Assembly: GCF_000315625.1 (NCBI RefSeq)
Contig: NW_005434552.1
Coordinates: 50,127-114,126 of the forward strand
Direction of reading: 5' to 3'
DNA length: 64,000 nt
Source: Guillardia theta CCMP2712
Lineage: Eukaryota; Protista; Cryptophyta
In this document: positions 46,331 to 60,011 of the stretch, in pieces
Numbering within the stretch: the stretch's first letter is position 1
How the letters are laid out: every line of letters begins with the position of its first letter
Position numbers and translations under genes: made by a program
Notes under the pieces: model-generated
Databases searched by the model: none
Told to the model about the DNA's origin: nothing
Seen by the model: only the letters and a program-made list of their open reading frames with translations

Positions 46331-48302
46331 ATGGATTCACTTGCGTCTACGAGCTTATTGAGGTCAAGATCAGTCCTGTTGTTATTCGTGATTCTACTTC
46401 AAACTCAGCATGCTTTTTCTTTGAGTTCTTTCTCTGGTTTGTCTCTGAGCGCCAGAAATGAATTCTTGCATGCGAATATAAAAAAGCCGTCAACAAACGG
46501 ACCAGAACATGCCGGACCAGAACATGCCACAAGGAATCATGTCGCTAGGCTTCGTGGAGGCAACGACATTCCCATTCACATGCCTACGGTCCATTTGCCA
46601 ACGGTCACTCACTCCAGAGGCAAGATTTGTGAAAGACAACCACATTTCATGTTGCCAAATTGTCCTGACCCATGTTACAGGCGGTCAGATCATGGCGGGA
46701 ATGGAAGAACAGGAAGAGAAGTCTGTAGTGGGATGGATGGAAGGACAGCCTGAGAGAGAGGAAGGAAGGGTGGAAGATGAGCAAGAGAGGACTGTAGTGA
46801 AGGAGCCTGAGAGAGAGGAAGGAAGGGTGGAAGATGAGCAAGAGAGGACTGTAGTGAAGGAGCCTGAGAGAGAGGAAGGAAGGGTGGAAGATGAGCAAGA
46901 GAGGACTGTAGTGAAGGAGCCTGAGAGAGAGGAAGGAAGGGTGGAAGATGAGCAAGAGAGGACTGTAGTGAAGGAGCTTGAGAGAGAGGAAGGAAGGGTG
47001 GAAGATGAGCAAGAGAGGACTGTAGTGAAGGAGCCTGAGAGAGAGGAAGGAAGGGTGGAAGATGAGCAGGAGAGGACTGTAGTGAAGGAGCCTGAGAGAG
47101 AGGAAGGAAGGGTGGAAGATGAGCAAGAGAGGACTGTAGTGAAGGAGCCTGAGAGAGAGGAAGGAAGGGTGGAAGAAGATGATGAGGGACATGGAGACGT
47201 TAAACGACTCAAAACAATGCGAACAATTCGCTCAAACGAAGATTATGAGACCATGGTCTTCTCCAAGACTGCCGCAGAGCTGCGTCTTGTGAGGAGAGAG
47301 ACCGTAATCTCGACCGCCGAGAGTGCTGACAAGCTGAAGGAGAGCGGATGTGGCTCAAGAGAGGACTTGAGGGACTGGAACTGCATTGGAAGGAAGCTAC
47401 ATCTTGCGCAGATTTCACTCCAGAACAAATTGAGCAAAAAGGCGGCGTCGGAGGCTGCGGCGAGCGCCGACTCTCAGGCTAACGGCACCAAAAACAATCA
47501 TGTGCCGAAGGCTGGAGATATATTTCAAGCTGACATCTGCATCAGACTCGAAGAAGACGCGAACCTGCAGTACATTTTTAATGGGATGATTGCCAATTGT
47601 TCGGAAGACGTCAAATCACTGGCAAGCATGAATCAAGAGTCCTTTAATGACGTGCGCGTGAACCGAGGAGAGTACGTTTGTTTTGAAATTACACGAGCGA
47701 TAGACAAGATTCTGGCCAAGATTTTCCAGCTCTCACGTTTGTATGCTCCTGGAGGATTGAAGGACCATTTTCTTGGACGTCAAGCAAAGATCAGGGCCTT
47801 TGGTCTTATCGTTAGTGGAAATAGGAGAGATTTCGAATCTGCTTGTGACAAAGTCAGGGCTTTCTTTGTGGAGACGAGCAAAAATCCAAACTTGTCCAAG
47901 AATCTGATCAACCAATCAATCCCATTTTTTCTCTGCCTAGTTAACCATGAAACTCTGTACAGTCAGGTCACAGATCTGAAGCTGTCAGTCGAGAGACTGA
48001 CGGAGACGACGGAGGGACTGAAGGAGACGACGGAGGGACTGAAGGAGACGACGGAGGGACTGAAGGAGACGACGGAGGGACTGCAGGAGACGACGGAGGG
48101 ACTCAAGAAGTCGATGGAGATGATGAATAAGTCGATTGAGGTAATGAAGGAATTTTTGTTGTCTTGCTGCTTTTGTAGAGACTGATTATCAACCCGACAG
48201 GAAAGATTTTCTCAACAGGACCAGAACCTGAAAAGTATGGAAGGTCGCATTGTAGCAGAACTTCAAAAGCAGCTTTCAGCTCTTTTGCCGAAATCATCGT
48301 GA
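46331..48302 (+). CDS. Signal peptide-RLRGG leader - 19-aa acidic repeats - globular domain - heptad coiled coil; exons 46331-46619, 46681-48140, 48201-48302
   Basis: GC-AG intron 46620-46680 joins HSRG/GQIMAG in frame; GT-AG intron 48141-48200 leads to a 33-codon terminal exon plus TGA; 57-bp unit x~8 and 21-bp unit x5. Confidence 0.7.
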
Positions 48303-48480
48303 TTGTTAGCAATCTTTTTGTTCGTCTTTGTTCCCATCAGGCAGCATTAGTGTTGTTTTGCTTCTTTTTTTTTTCTCTTTAATTAGCGTAATGAAACTCA
48401 ATTGCAAGAATAAGCACCGTAGTCTGGGGTAACAGAGGAGTGAGAAACGAGGCAGGGTCTCACAGGGAAGGATAGGCGAG

Positions 48481-49645
48481 TCCTCGCCGTCACTTCTCGT
48501 CTTGTCCTCGCCGTCGCTTCTCGTCTTGTCCTCGCCGTCGCTTCTCGTCTTGTCCTCGCCGTCGCTTCTCGTCTTGTCCTCGCTGTCGCTTCTCGTCTTG
48601 TCCTCGCCGTCGCTTCTCGTCTTGTCCTTGCTGTCGCTTCTCGTNNNNNNNNNNNNNNNNNNNNNNNNNNNNNNNNNNNNNNNNNNNNNNNNNNNNNNNN
48701 NNNNNNNNNNNNNNNNNNNNNNNNNNNNNNNNNNNNNNNNNNNNNNNNNNNNNNNNNNNNNNNNNNNNNNNNNNNNNNNNNNNNNNNNNNNNNNNNNNNN
48801 NNNNNNNNNNNNNNNNNNNNNNNNNNNNNNNNNNNNNNNNNNNNNNNNNNNNNNNNNNNNNNNNNNNNNNNNNNNNNNNNNNNNNNNNNNNNNNNNNNNN
48901 NNNNNNNNNNNNNNNNNNNNNNNNNNNNNNNNNNNNNNNNNNNNNNNNNNNNNNNNNNNNNNNNNNNNNNNNNNNNNNNNNNNNNNNNNNNNNNNNNNNN
49001 NNNNNNNNNNNNNNNNNNNNNNNNNNNNNNNNNNNNNNNNNNNNNNNNNNNNNNNNNNNNNNNNNNNNNNNNNNNNNNNNNNNNNNNNNNNNNNNNNNNN
49101 NNNNNNNNNNNNNNNNNNNNNNNNNNNNNNNNNNNNNNNNNNNNNNNNNNNNNNNNNNNNNNNNNNNNNNNNNNNNNNNNNNNNNNNNNNNNNNNNNNNN
49201 NNNNNNNNNNNNNNNNNNNNNNNNNNNNNNNNNNNNNNNNNNNNNNNNNNNNNNNNNNNNNNNNNNNNNNNNNNNNNNNNNNNNNNNNNNNNNNNNNCGA
49301 GGACAAGACGAGAAGCGACAGCAAGGGCAAGACGAGAAGCGACGGCGAGGACGAGACGAGAAGCGACGGCGAGGACAAGACGAGAAGCGACGGCGAGGAC
49401 AAGACGAGAAGCGACGGCGAGGACGAGACGAGAAGCGACAGCGAGGACAAGACGAGAAGCGACGGCGAGGACAAGACGAGAATCGACAGCAAGGGCAAGA
49501 CGAGAAGCGACGGCGAGGACAAGACGAGAAGCGACGGCGAGGACAAGACGAGAAGCGACGGCGAGGACAAGACGAGAAGCGACGGCGAGGACAAGACGAG
49601 AAGCGACGGCGAGGACAAGACGAGAAGCGACGGCGAGGACAAGAT
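48481..49645. repeat. 24-bp minisatellite (CTTGTCCTCGCCGTCGCTTCTCGT) in opposite orientations on the two sides of a gap
   Basis: Forward at 48481-48644, reverse complement at 49298-49645. Confidence 0.9.
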
Positions 49646-49929
49646 AAGAAGCTGCTGCGGGGGGTCTCGACCAACCTTGCACTCTCTCAGCATGTCACGG
49701 CCGCCGCACCAGTGCCCCCTTGCCACGGTCTGCGAGATTGACGCTCAGTACATACTCCAGATCCTTCCGTACCTGCAGTCAACAGGAAGCTTACTATGCC
49801 CCCAGCAGGAAGAGGAGAGAAGGGTTGACGGTGGACAGGGAGAAGGGTACTACGGTAAATTTTCCAGCCCCCCAACATGTCGGTAGCACTTTCCACGACG
49901 AAGCCTAGTATAAGGTTGAGAGACCGGCG

Positions 49930-50135
49930 ATTACGAGCAGCGGAAGAGGAGCGCACCGAGCCTTGACATCATCCAATCCCGTGTTGAGCGCCTGGGGTGG
50001 ACGAGGAGGATGAGTCGATGCGGGTGAGGAGGAGAGGATGCTGATCTCGTCACACGCATCGATGCCTTTTTGCCAGTCCTCTGACCTCACGTAGCACAGA
50101 GCTCGATTCATGTAACACACGCAATGCAGACCGGC
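49930..50135 (-). pseudogene. TPR-like exon fragment
   Basis: VCYMNRALCYVRSEDWQKGIDACDE...AL...DVKA. Confidence 0.5.
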
Positions 50136-50429
50136 GTCACATGGCAAGGAAGGAAGAGTAGGGCTGCAGGCCGATAAGATATGGATACACTCCCGCTGAA
50201 ACTTCTCCCTGTATCTTCTCGTCAGCTCCTCCTCAACTGCCTTTACGCTGCTTTCTTGCACCAATGACACAATATAACCCTGATACTTTCTTCTTTCGGG
50301 GACACAGGGCCCCTGGAGGGGCCCAAATCCCCCAAAGGCCCATTGCAGCGTCAAGCTCTGGCTGTTCAGCTTGTTTGTAAGCGGGTCGTGAGTCCTTGAG
50401 GCTTCTTTCGTCCAACAAGTGTCTTAGGA

Positions 50430-51848
50430 CTCGGAGAGGTCCCGTCCTCCGAATTTTGATCGCCGACAGATCCTTCCAGCTTGATTCTTTAGACCGCGAA
50501 GATTTTGAGTCGGAACAGCCTGAGGTCTCGTAGGCAGCAAACAACTCCTTGACTGCTGCGTACGTCTTATTTCGAAGGTTGGGGACCGAGCAGTACTTGA
50601 TCTAATTGAAGAGAATTAGTAGGATGATCGACTACCGAGCAGCATCACATTTAGCTTGCGAGAGAAAGTGTTGGTCTTGCGGTTCTTGACAGAGAGGCTG
50701 ACATTGAGTCCATAGGAAACTAGAAGCTTGGACAAGAAATCTGTAAAGCCATTTCAGGCTGTTTTCAAAGTAAGGTAAACACCTTGGACGTTCAGCTGCT
50801 GGCATGCTGCAGAGGCTTCAGTCGCATCTTGTGAGCAGTAGTCCATGACATTTTGCAGGAGAAGGACCACCGATGATATATACTCCCGTGAGTCCCCATA
50901 GCGATAGTCAAACAATGTTTGCATTGGGAACAGTTCTGGCAAACATTGAACATTAGCTAATGAGTCGTATTCATTTAGCTTGAGCAATACTGTAACACCT
51001 GGATTGAAGTCTGAGAAAGTTTTCGATGGTAGATATGTCCACTAGGTCAGATGTCTGCTTTTTTTCCGCAAAACTAGCGTGTATTCCCCATCGGGAAGCT
51101 CGAATGAGACGGTCTCGTTGTAGATATCTTTCTCAAACACATTCATAGTGTAGCTGTAGATGTTGTATGTGAACTTACTCCTGCTGGGGTCTAGACTCGA
51201 GTCCGAGAGCGTGAGGTCCCATCCCAGCAAGGTTCCGCTATCAGCTATGACATCCCTGAGGCTTAAGGACACGGTGGTCAGGTTGGGATACTTGCCACAG
51301 TCTGGGATGCAGCCAAAGCGACCGAAGCCCGGAAACTCCGCTGGTCTATCGCAGACACCATCGCCGCAGACCCGATCCTTGAAGACTCGGTTCAGTACGC
51401 TCTGCTGCAGCCACGAGAAGAGAATATCGTTGCTGCGGATATACCCGAGCCGACCGAGGGAAGGTCAGCTACAAGAGAAACAAGGAGAGAGCTCTCAATG
51501 CCGTAAAGGATCTGCGAGTCTCGCTGCAAGAAGACAAGGAGAACAAAGGCAAGGAAGAAAAGTCAAGTGCCAGCCAGCTTTCGGTACCTTGTCGAGCGAT
51601 CAATTCTTGCCTGTACCTTCTCCAGTAGAGCATGGACCTTGGATTCGGATTCTTTTCGGGCGTCATCTGTGGGTCCAAACAAGGATATCGACTTGAGGTC
51701 CTCTAAAACACTCTTTACCGACGCCATCCTGCTTTGAAAGGTCTGCGGATCCTCCAGCATGCCATCGAGAGCAAAGTCGATTTCATCTTGACGATCCTCA
51801 TCCCTCCTTCGCCTGTTAAGAGTAGCGGCCACAACAGCAGTAGCCATG
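50430..51848 (-). pseudogene. N-terminal part of an algal polycystin/PKD2-like gene, apparently truncated or degenerate
   Basis: Multi-exon; WLQQSVL..VFKDRVCGDGVCD.PAEFPGFGRFGC.PDCG resembles a motif I recall from algal PKD2-like proteins; no channel domain seen downstream. Confidence 0.5.
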
Positions 51849-52400
51849 ATGCTGAAGAAATCTGAGTCGAGTGACGACGATGTTGGATTCGTTAGATTTG
51901 ACAATGCATGTTTCGGAGTAAGATTGATTGCAGGATCGATGTATCACGGGTGCTCGGAGATCCCAAACATAAGAGGTTGGACAGCAAGAGGAGAAGAAGA
52001 GGGAACAAGAAGAGGGAACAAGAAGAGGGAACAAGAAGAGGGAACCAGAAGAAGGGTATGTACTGCAGCAAGAAATGTTCTGTAGCAAGGAAGGGAGCAG
52101 CGGAGAAAGGAAAGAGTTTTGACTGACAGCTCCCCCGAACTTCGGAAAGAACTCGGAAAAAATGAAAAACAACAGTCACCCGGCAGCACCGAGCAACCCA
52201 GCCAGTAAAAATGTTTGGATAAAATAAAAACCATCCATCATCAGTTTTTGACCACTTGCGGTCATGCAGGCTTGGAGGAGGACGTATGCAGCTGTGAACC
52301 TTGATTCATCAGCCGTCATATCCCAATGCCCTCATTGCCTTTATGCCCTCATAGTCTTGATATCCCGCCCTTGATCCTCTAGATTTTCTGTTCTGTCAAG

Positions 52401-55400
52401 ATGCCAAAGGAAGGTGTTCGTGGAGAAGAAGGTCTGACGACCATCAATCAATTCAAGACAACAAGAAATCAGGTCGAAGATTCTCTCAACATTGACCTTC
52501 AAGTGGCCAGAGATGCTATGCAAAGATATCACAGTAAGGCCCAGAAATTTGTAATATACACTACAGGATTTCGATGCATGCAACAATGGAAAACGCTCTT
52601 GGAAACAAAGAAAAAAATGATGAAGCTTTCGAATTCAATCTTTCGACGAAGCATCTTTCACTTGTTTTCTATATTGAGATCTCGCACGACGGTTTGTAAG
52701 AGAATCAGGGTGTTTTTGAAGTTATGTCATGAAATCTTGATAGATACAACAAATGACAAGGGCGAAAATGAGTTTCAAGACTTTGAATTTCCAGCTAGCA
52801 GCCACTTATCACGTAGACGGTTTGGATTCGTGACTGTATGCATCAAGAACATAATTTCATGTCTCAAAGAGTTCGACAACCTCTCGAATGAGTTGCTGAC
52901 TCAGATTGCAAAAAATATGCAACTGAAAAGATTTCAAGTTGGAGAGGAAATGTTGACAGATAGCATTACATACTATCTGATGATTGATGGACTGGCAATT
53001 CACCATCACAACGACACTGAACTCGAGCATGTAACTCCTGGATCGTCGTGGAATACATCTTGTACGGAAGTGCTGCATGCAACTGAAGCAACAGCATCTA
53101 CCGTGTACTCGGACTTCGCTGAAGACGTCGACAAAATCACTGCCAAAACAGAGTGCATATGTTTATGTATATTGGAATCAGTAATGAAATCTGCCGTGTT
53201 GAATGCTTTGTAACAAAATTCACGCAGAAGCTATACGAGATTTTGACGTATCTCGCTGGAATGCCTGAATGGATGGAAGCATTTCGAATGGTGTTCGTCA
53301 ATACCATCAATGAAAGCTCACCATATGATAGGATCGAATGACTGAGGACAAGAATTTGGATGCACTGGTTACTTGTCTTATTCCACATCTCTCCGATGAT
53401 TCCTTGGATTTCAGGTCAAAACACTGCCCTTGATCAACGAGATGTCAGATGACGTGAGGCGGAAGCTGGTCTCCAACTCTTCTGTAATGCATGCGATGTG
53501 TATTTGTGCACATCTTTCTGAGTTTTCTTTCTTGACAGATAAGAATGTATGACCCAAACTACACCATCTACAAGCAGGTGAGTCAGGAAAGCATGGCTAT
53601 GAGCCACTAAACTTATATCACAAGGGGAGACTTTGGAAACTTAACTCAGATGCGCAGCCCGTTTCTCTGATCGACAAGTGGCGTGAACGAAAGTGTGATA
53701 TATACGCGAAATGAATTCGACATGATGCAAGGGTTATGGCTGCAGGTTCATCTTTGAAGACGGGTCGATGCATTACATCACCGTCAAGAAGATCGGTAAT
53801 ATCATTCCTCTGTCTTTTTGTTATTTCAACATTTCTTCTCAGGAACTGGCGTAAGACTTGGGGATCTTGGTGTAATTGTGACTTTGTTTCATCGAGGCAG
53901 CGAGTTCAAGGCGATTCATAGACTTTCTGATCAGGTTCACTTTCTAATTTCGAATGCAGGTGTCAATTATTGATTCAGTAGCTTTTCCACAATCACTCAA
54001 GATTGATTACTTAGAAAGATCAGGAAAGAAGGTTCTTTCACGTACAATCTTTAATCTCATGTAACATGTATGGCTTGATAGAAAAAAGTCATTCTTTCAA
54101 CGGAAAACCAGACTGAATTGATGGACTGGTATGAAATTCTGCAAGCTGCTTCAGTTGCATACAAGGTTGGAATTGATCAAATCCTTGCTCTTTTGAATGC
54201 TTGAATCCAGTATTCAGTCTGGAAACATCAAGAAGTCCCGGTAGTAGATGAGTTGGACGACCGACCTCCGGCCTTATACCAAGTGAACACAATCTTGCTT
54301 GCCCAAGCTCGTCACTGAGCTATTAGTCAAGGTGGTCGTGGTAGGCGTTGCCAACATGCAGATGATAGCAGATGAAGACGAAGGTGGCGGAGTCGTCAAA
54401 CTCAGTATGGTATGCGGAGATCATTTCGGAGAAATCAATCGGTGCTCCAAGCATGCTGCTGTGCGTTTATGTGAAACTACTGCAGGTGGGGGGAATTCTC
54501 AGCGCAGAATAAAGTTTGCACCAGGGAAAAAGAAATTTTTTGCTTTTGCATCGATCGGTCAAGTGCTTTGAAAGCCGCCGTCCTTGTTCACGCTCAGGTG
54601 ATGACTGAAACGGGGCCATTTGAGAGTTGTGTAATCTTCTTTCAAGAAAATGAAGGAGCGATACCACTTGGTGATTGCTAGTTTTCCATCTTTGCTACAA
54701 GGCAAAACACCCTCCGCAGTATGCATGAGTTTTTTTGAAATTGTGTTTTGATTTGGAAACCAAGGCTCGAGAGCTTGTTCATCGGACAGCATTACTCATG
54801 GAGGTAGAGCATCTCTCTTGATTTTAGTCTATAATCCAGGATCTGTCAAGGAGCGATTTTTATCGCCAGGAGAAATGTTGTTCTGTCAGGAAAACTTTGA
54901 TTCTGCTGAGGGAAAGGCAGCAAGAGCATTGGGCGAACACAAACCAGGAGAGGGAATTTGGCTTGTACAAAAAGGTAATGGCAGAGCAAACAATAGTAGC
55001 AGTAGAGTTGGTTCTTTAATGCATTTGTTCAGTGTCATGCATCTCAGTTCACCAAAATTTGGTTTGAACATTGACTTGAATTTTCAGGGAAATGTCTGGT
55101 TAATCTAAATTGTAAGTTTGCTCGGTATGAGGATGAAAAGGAATACAGCAAATTCAAATCTCAGGTGAGTGTTCGCTTTTACGAAATCTAACCCCTACCA
55201 GTCGTGATAAAGCTATACATTACACACTTGATCATTAACTGGACAAACAGAGTCATCATTACAAGGAGTCCATGATTCAGAAATCGATGTGTCTGAGTGA
55301 ACTGTTGCAAGGTAAGCCGGGCTCAAATCAGTATGGATAACTAAATTCCTCAACCATCCAGGCGATTTCATCGGGGACGTGCATTTTTTTGCAGGAGCAG

Positions 55401-56150
55401 AGCTGCAGGTCAAAGTTTTCTCTTTTGTAAGCCATACTCATAACAAAACACAGATGATTTCAATACGCGCCGCTAAGGAGCAGGTTTGACAGAGGACAGG
55501 CGTCTCAATACTTTGTGTAACTTAGCACTCTCAGGAGCAGGCCAAAACAGACGAGCAGAAACTTGCCATAGCAAGGTGAGGATATCCAGTTCGGTTGATC
55601 GTGGAATACAACTTCTCTCTTGTCATATTGACAAGCCATCCCGCTTCCAGCAAAGCACGTCCGCGACGAAGGGAAAGTTTGTTCACAACCGCCAAGATCG
55701 AGATTGTCGAAGGTCAACAAGAACACAATTGGAACCTTTTACTAAACCCTCCAAGCCAATGGGCATGGGAATGCTGGTAGACTCAAAGCTGCTGAGACAT
55801 GGGACGGGAGCTGACGGGTTTCAGTGCTGATAAAGAAGGAGCAATGATTCTTTTCTTGCCTAATGAGAGCGTCAAGCAGCTCCCACAGGCTGTCCTCCTT
55901 GACCTACTCACACTTGCGTTCAGGTGAACCAGCTCCTTTGATGCGCTTGTTTGAAAGATTGCAGCCGTCAACAAGAGCGAAAGGCAATCTTTCAAGCTCG
56001 ACTGAAAGCCCTTGTAGCACAAGGTCTCAGTCCTGGTCAGTCCAAGTCTGGATCAGGCAAGACCTGACGGTAATGCAGTTTCAATACCTACGTTACCTCC
56101 AGATATCCCTTCACCTGCTTGTGTGGTCCGTTGCACAAGGTAAGTTTTTA
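52401..56150 (+). CDS. Multi-exon protein with several cyclic-nucleotide-binding-like domains (exon limits approximate)
   Basis: FDNLSNELLTQIAKNMQLKRFQVGE..YYLMIDG; MYDPNYTIYKQ; GDHFGE; GIWLVQKG; PGDFIGD; many short introns. Confidence 0.55.
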
Positions 56151-58326
56151 TAGCCTACTGAGAAATTATCAGCTCAAGAATCACGAACAAATCCGGGAAA
56201 AGCGAAGGTAGAAGTATCTTGCATTCAATACTCGAGACCTTTCAATGAATCGTCTTTTTCCAGATCTGAAATCCTCCTCTCCTCTGCACAGGTTGATCGT
56301 GAATCATATTTCTATGACATTTCGTATGGCATTGCATACATTCGATGACGTGTCTTACATTCTATGACATTTCATACATTCTATGACATTTCATACATTC
56401 GATGACGTGTCGTACATTCTATGACATTTCATATTGAATGCATGATCAGAGGTACGGTATTCGCACCGAGCCGTTGATGGAAAAGAAGACGAAATTCATT
56501 TCAAGATCACTCGACACGATGCAAGACGGAGATTGGTGCTTGGAATCGGGAAGGAACCTGTCGTGATTGAGCTTGTGCAGGTACGCTGATAAGGAAGCCA
56601 GCAATCCCTTCAGTATTGCTGGCACCTTGTCGTCGGCGCAATCAACGGAAGAAGCGGCGGACGAAACGCTGGCTGCAGGGCGAGCTATGGCCTTGAAAGA
56701 ATTTGAAAAAGGTATGGAGCAAGTCAGATCTACCCACTGGGCTACTAACTTCTTTGTGGTGGACAGCTGCTAGAAATAAAAGGTCATGGATTCGGCATAC
56801 TGATGACGTGCATAAACGTGTTCAGATGAGGTCAGATTTTCTTGCCATGCGCCTGGACTGAAAGTGTTTCAGTCGCCTGCTTGTATCGCTCCCTTCTCCC
56901 AGTCCAGACTCATCCAAGGACTGTGACCAGAAAGCCGACGAGGCGACTGGGAAGAAAACATCTTTGAAGCGTTTGCCGATGACCCCGAGAAAATTGTCGA
57001 TCACCCAAGACGTTAAACAGACTTCACGCACACAAAGTCAAGTTTCATTGAAACAAAGAGCAAGTCCTTTATCGGTGAAAGATTGAACTGCTTTCGTCAA
57101 CAACTCATGCTGAGCTTGTAGGCATCCATGTCGGCAAGAAGAGCAGAGGGTATGGATGTGAATCTGATCACTCTGAAGGCCCGTGTTGTGTGCCGAGACT
57201 TTCGGCGAGCTTCATCAGAAGGTGTTGTAACATGAATTATCATTCATCTGATTTTAGTTTGACGTTCAGCCATACAACGGAGGAAGAATTCTCTGTTTCA
57301 AAGGGTTTCCTCCGACTTGTCAAACAATCCATCCAACGGGGATGACTCGGAGTCTCTTTTACCAACTTGCACTTCAGTGCTCAAGTCAAGACCGGTAGTT
57401 AGTTCTTCTTCATATCGCACATCGTGACTCTGTCTCTTGCAGCAATCTGTTGGCATTCCAGCCACACGCGCACGATCTCAAGGAGCCTTTTCTATCATGA
57501 CTGCGACACCTCGATCCTTCAATAGATGAATGAAACAAGAGATAACCCACACATTACTATCCTCAAGATAAATAAATAATGGAATGCTCCAGCAATCTCG
57601 GAATGGCGCTAGAGGAGATGAGACTGATGCGATCTCTTGCAGTAGTTTGTTCGTCAGAGACTGATGAGGATCTCGTGCGATCTTGTCAGAGTTGCGGGCT
57701 ATGAAAGAAAGCTGAGGCAGAGGGCATTCAAGTGAGAACCTCTGAGAGGCTCCCATGCGACTCTATGGGGTCAGCAAGCCTGGACCATAGGGATTTGCAA
57801 CTTCAAGTCAGGCTACTCCCGTTGCTCACAGTGATGGGAAATTATCCTCGTCGCCCATGTATGTACGAGGAGACAGCACACATTCGAGCGACGTTGAAAC
57901 TTAGATTCTGTGGGACCGATGTTGTATCCTTGACTCATACCTGACGCCCCTTGGATGTAGCCTAGGGAAATAGGATGATGATGCCGGATAGCTGCCAGAG
58001 AGTATGGTGCTGATCTGATGAGTGTGTGCGCTTGATCCTAAGATCATCTGAACTCAACGTCTTACGCAAGGTTGTGTATAGCGGAAGGTTGGTACATCAT
58101 ATACCTTTGAACATGTTTTCCTCGGTTGAAAACGCTGGACACATACCGGCGATATAACAAACGGCTAGGCACTTAACCCTCTAGCTAATCCTGATAACCC
58201 GATAACCCTCTAGCTAATCCTGATAACCCTCTAAATCCCGACTATTGAGTAAAAGATTGTCAACGGCCAGACCTTGCAACCGGGTTACATACCGTGGCAT
58301 GGCCCACACCGTCGGCAGAAGGAGCG

Positions 58327-58820
58327 CTTGTGGTCGATACTCTCACTCTACGTAGTCGATACTCTCACTCTACTGCTTGTGGTCGATACTCTCACTCTAC
58401 TGCTTGTGGTCGATACTCTCACTCTACTGCTTGTGGTCGATACTCTCACTCTACAGATTGTGGTCGATACTCTCACTCTACTGCTTGTGGTCGATACTCT
58501 CACTCTACTGCTTGTAGTCGATACTCTCACTCTACTGCTTGTGGTCGATACTCTCACTCTACTGCTTGTGGTCGATACTCTCACTCTACTGCTTGTAGTC
58601 GATACTCTCACTCTACTGCTTGTGGTCGATACTCTCACTCTACTGCTTGTAGTCTACTAGTAGAGTGATAGTATCGATATCGACCACAAGCAGTAGAGTG
58701 AGAGTATCGACCACAAGCAGTAGAGTGAGAGTATCGACCACAAGCAGTAGAGTGAGAGTATCGACCACAAGCAGTAGAGTGAGAGTATCGACCACAAGCA
58801 GTAGAGTGAGAGTATCGACA
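58327..58820. repeat. Head-to-head inverted 27-bp minisatellite (TGTGGTCGATACTCTCACTCTACTGCT)
   Basis: ~12 forward units, palindromic centre TCTACTAGTAGA (58653-58664), ~6 reverse units; no gap. Confidence 0.95.
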
Positions 58821-60011
58821 AAAACTGAAGCATTAATGCCAATGGGGGGATGAAAACCGGATGAGAGTGAATAAGTGGCAAGATACCTGAAGCAAGGATG
58901 ATAAAAGAGGCAGGGCAAGGACGAGTGAATATCAAATTTCAATAGAATGGTTGAAGAACGTACTTACCTACCAGCAGAAGATTTCTGTTTTACAACTGAT
59001 GTCGATCTCAGTCAAACCTGGAACTTTAGACCCTAGCTGTTCGAGATGTCCCGATACTTGAGTTCTACCAACTCGACAGACTCGGCGAACATGATGAGGT
59101 GAGGACAATGATCGGATCAGGACATGTTTGCAACAACATGGTTCTCATGAACCGCAGATATCTCAAGGAAAGGCAATGCAGTCAGCTTCTACGTCATGCA
59201 ATGAGCTCATATTTTCAAGCAATTGCGAAGGTAATTGAAATAGAATGTCCTCTCAGTGAAACTGAAGCCAACAGGCTCGGCAAGAAAACGATTTCGATCG
59301 GCTAGCTTACCTAGAGGTCTGTTGACTGTCATGACTCCTTGACGCAACATTACTGACACAAGACCAGGACCCCAAGAGCTTTTTCCTGGATCATTTCTCG
59401 TACATTCACTCTGAGGTGCATCTATCTCTCACTTGAAAGCTGTAACGTGGGATACAAGTCCGATCAGCAACAGCAGGAGGAGCCAGACCATCGTTTGAAG
59501 ACTGTTGACGGCCCGTCAAACAGCAACATCAGGTGGAGCCTGCGACCTACTAGTGCTGGCGGTTGGCAGGCAAGACAACCAACGCAAGGTCAGAACCTCC
59601 TCAGCCTCGTAGACTGTGACAAGGATGTCAGATGTCAAGGCCAAGACAGCTCCTCCGGCAGTCAACGAAAACGAAGGCGAGTTAGTCAAGGTGAGATCAT
59701 GCTTGAAGAGTCAAAGTTCAATGCCGCAGCAGATAGCAATCGAACAGTTGCAACAACAATTTGACGACGAGACGACAAAAGTGAAAGAGTTGGAAGCTCG
59801 GTTGGCAGAACTTCATGAGATGAAGAGGATGAAAGAATCAGAAGTTTAGATTGAGAGTTGAAGATGCAACCATGACAGTTGTATTATATCACAGTGAAAC
59901 GTAACCGATGAGTGTAGTTTCATTACCCTGGTAATGAGTGAGAGTTGATTGTGCATTGACTGAATCGTGAAATGGTTGTGAGAAGCTTGATGAGACGCTG
60001 TGATAATTCAA

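Noticed and set aside
48306-49726. Several long ORFs of 380-460 aa
   Set aside because: Made of a stop-free 24-bp satellite and N gaps
56450-58100. Possible decayed Ulp1-type peptidase or transposon relic on the minus strand (LTSWVIDNFL...SSAFW)
   Set aside because: Only a weak partial motif with many stops; cannot be supported without a profile search
58274-58942. Hydrophobic VVDTLTLLL repeat ORFs
   Set aside because: Translation of the 27-bp satellite; no independent coding evidence
58950-59850. Probable multi-exon gene or pseudogene with a coiled-coil end
   Set aside because: Exon structure and product could not be established
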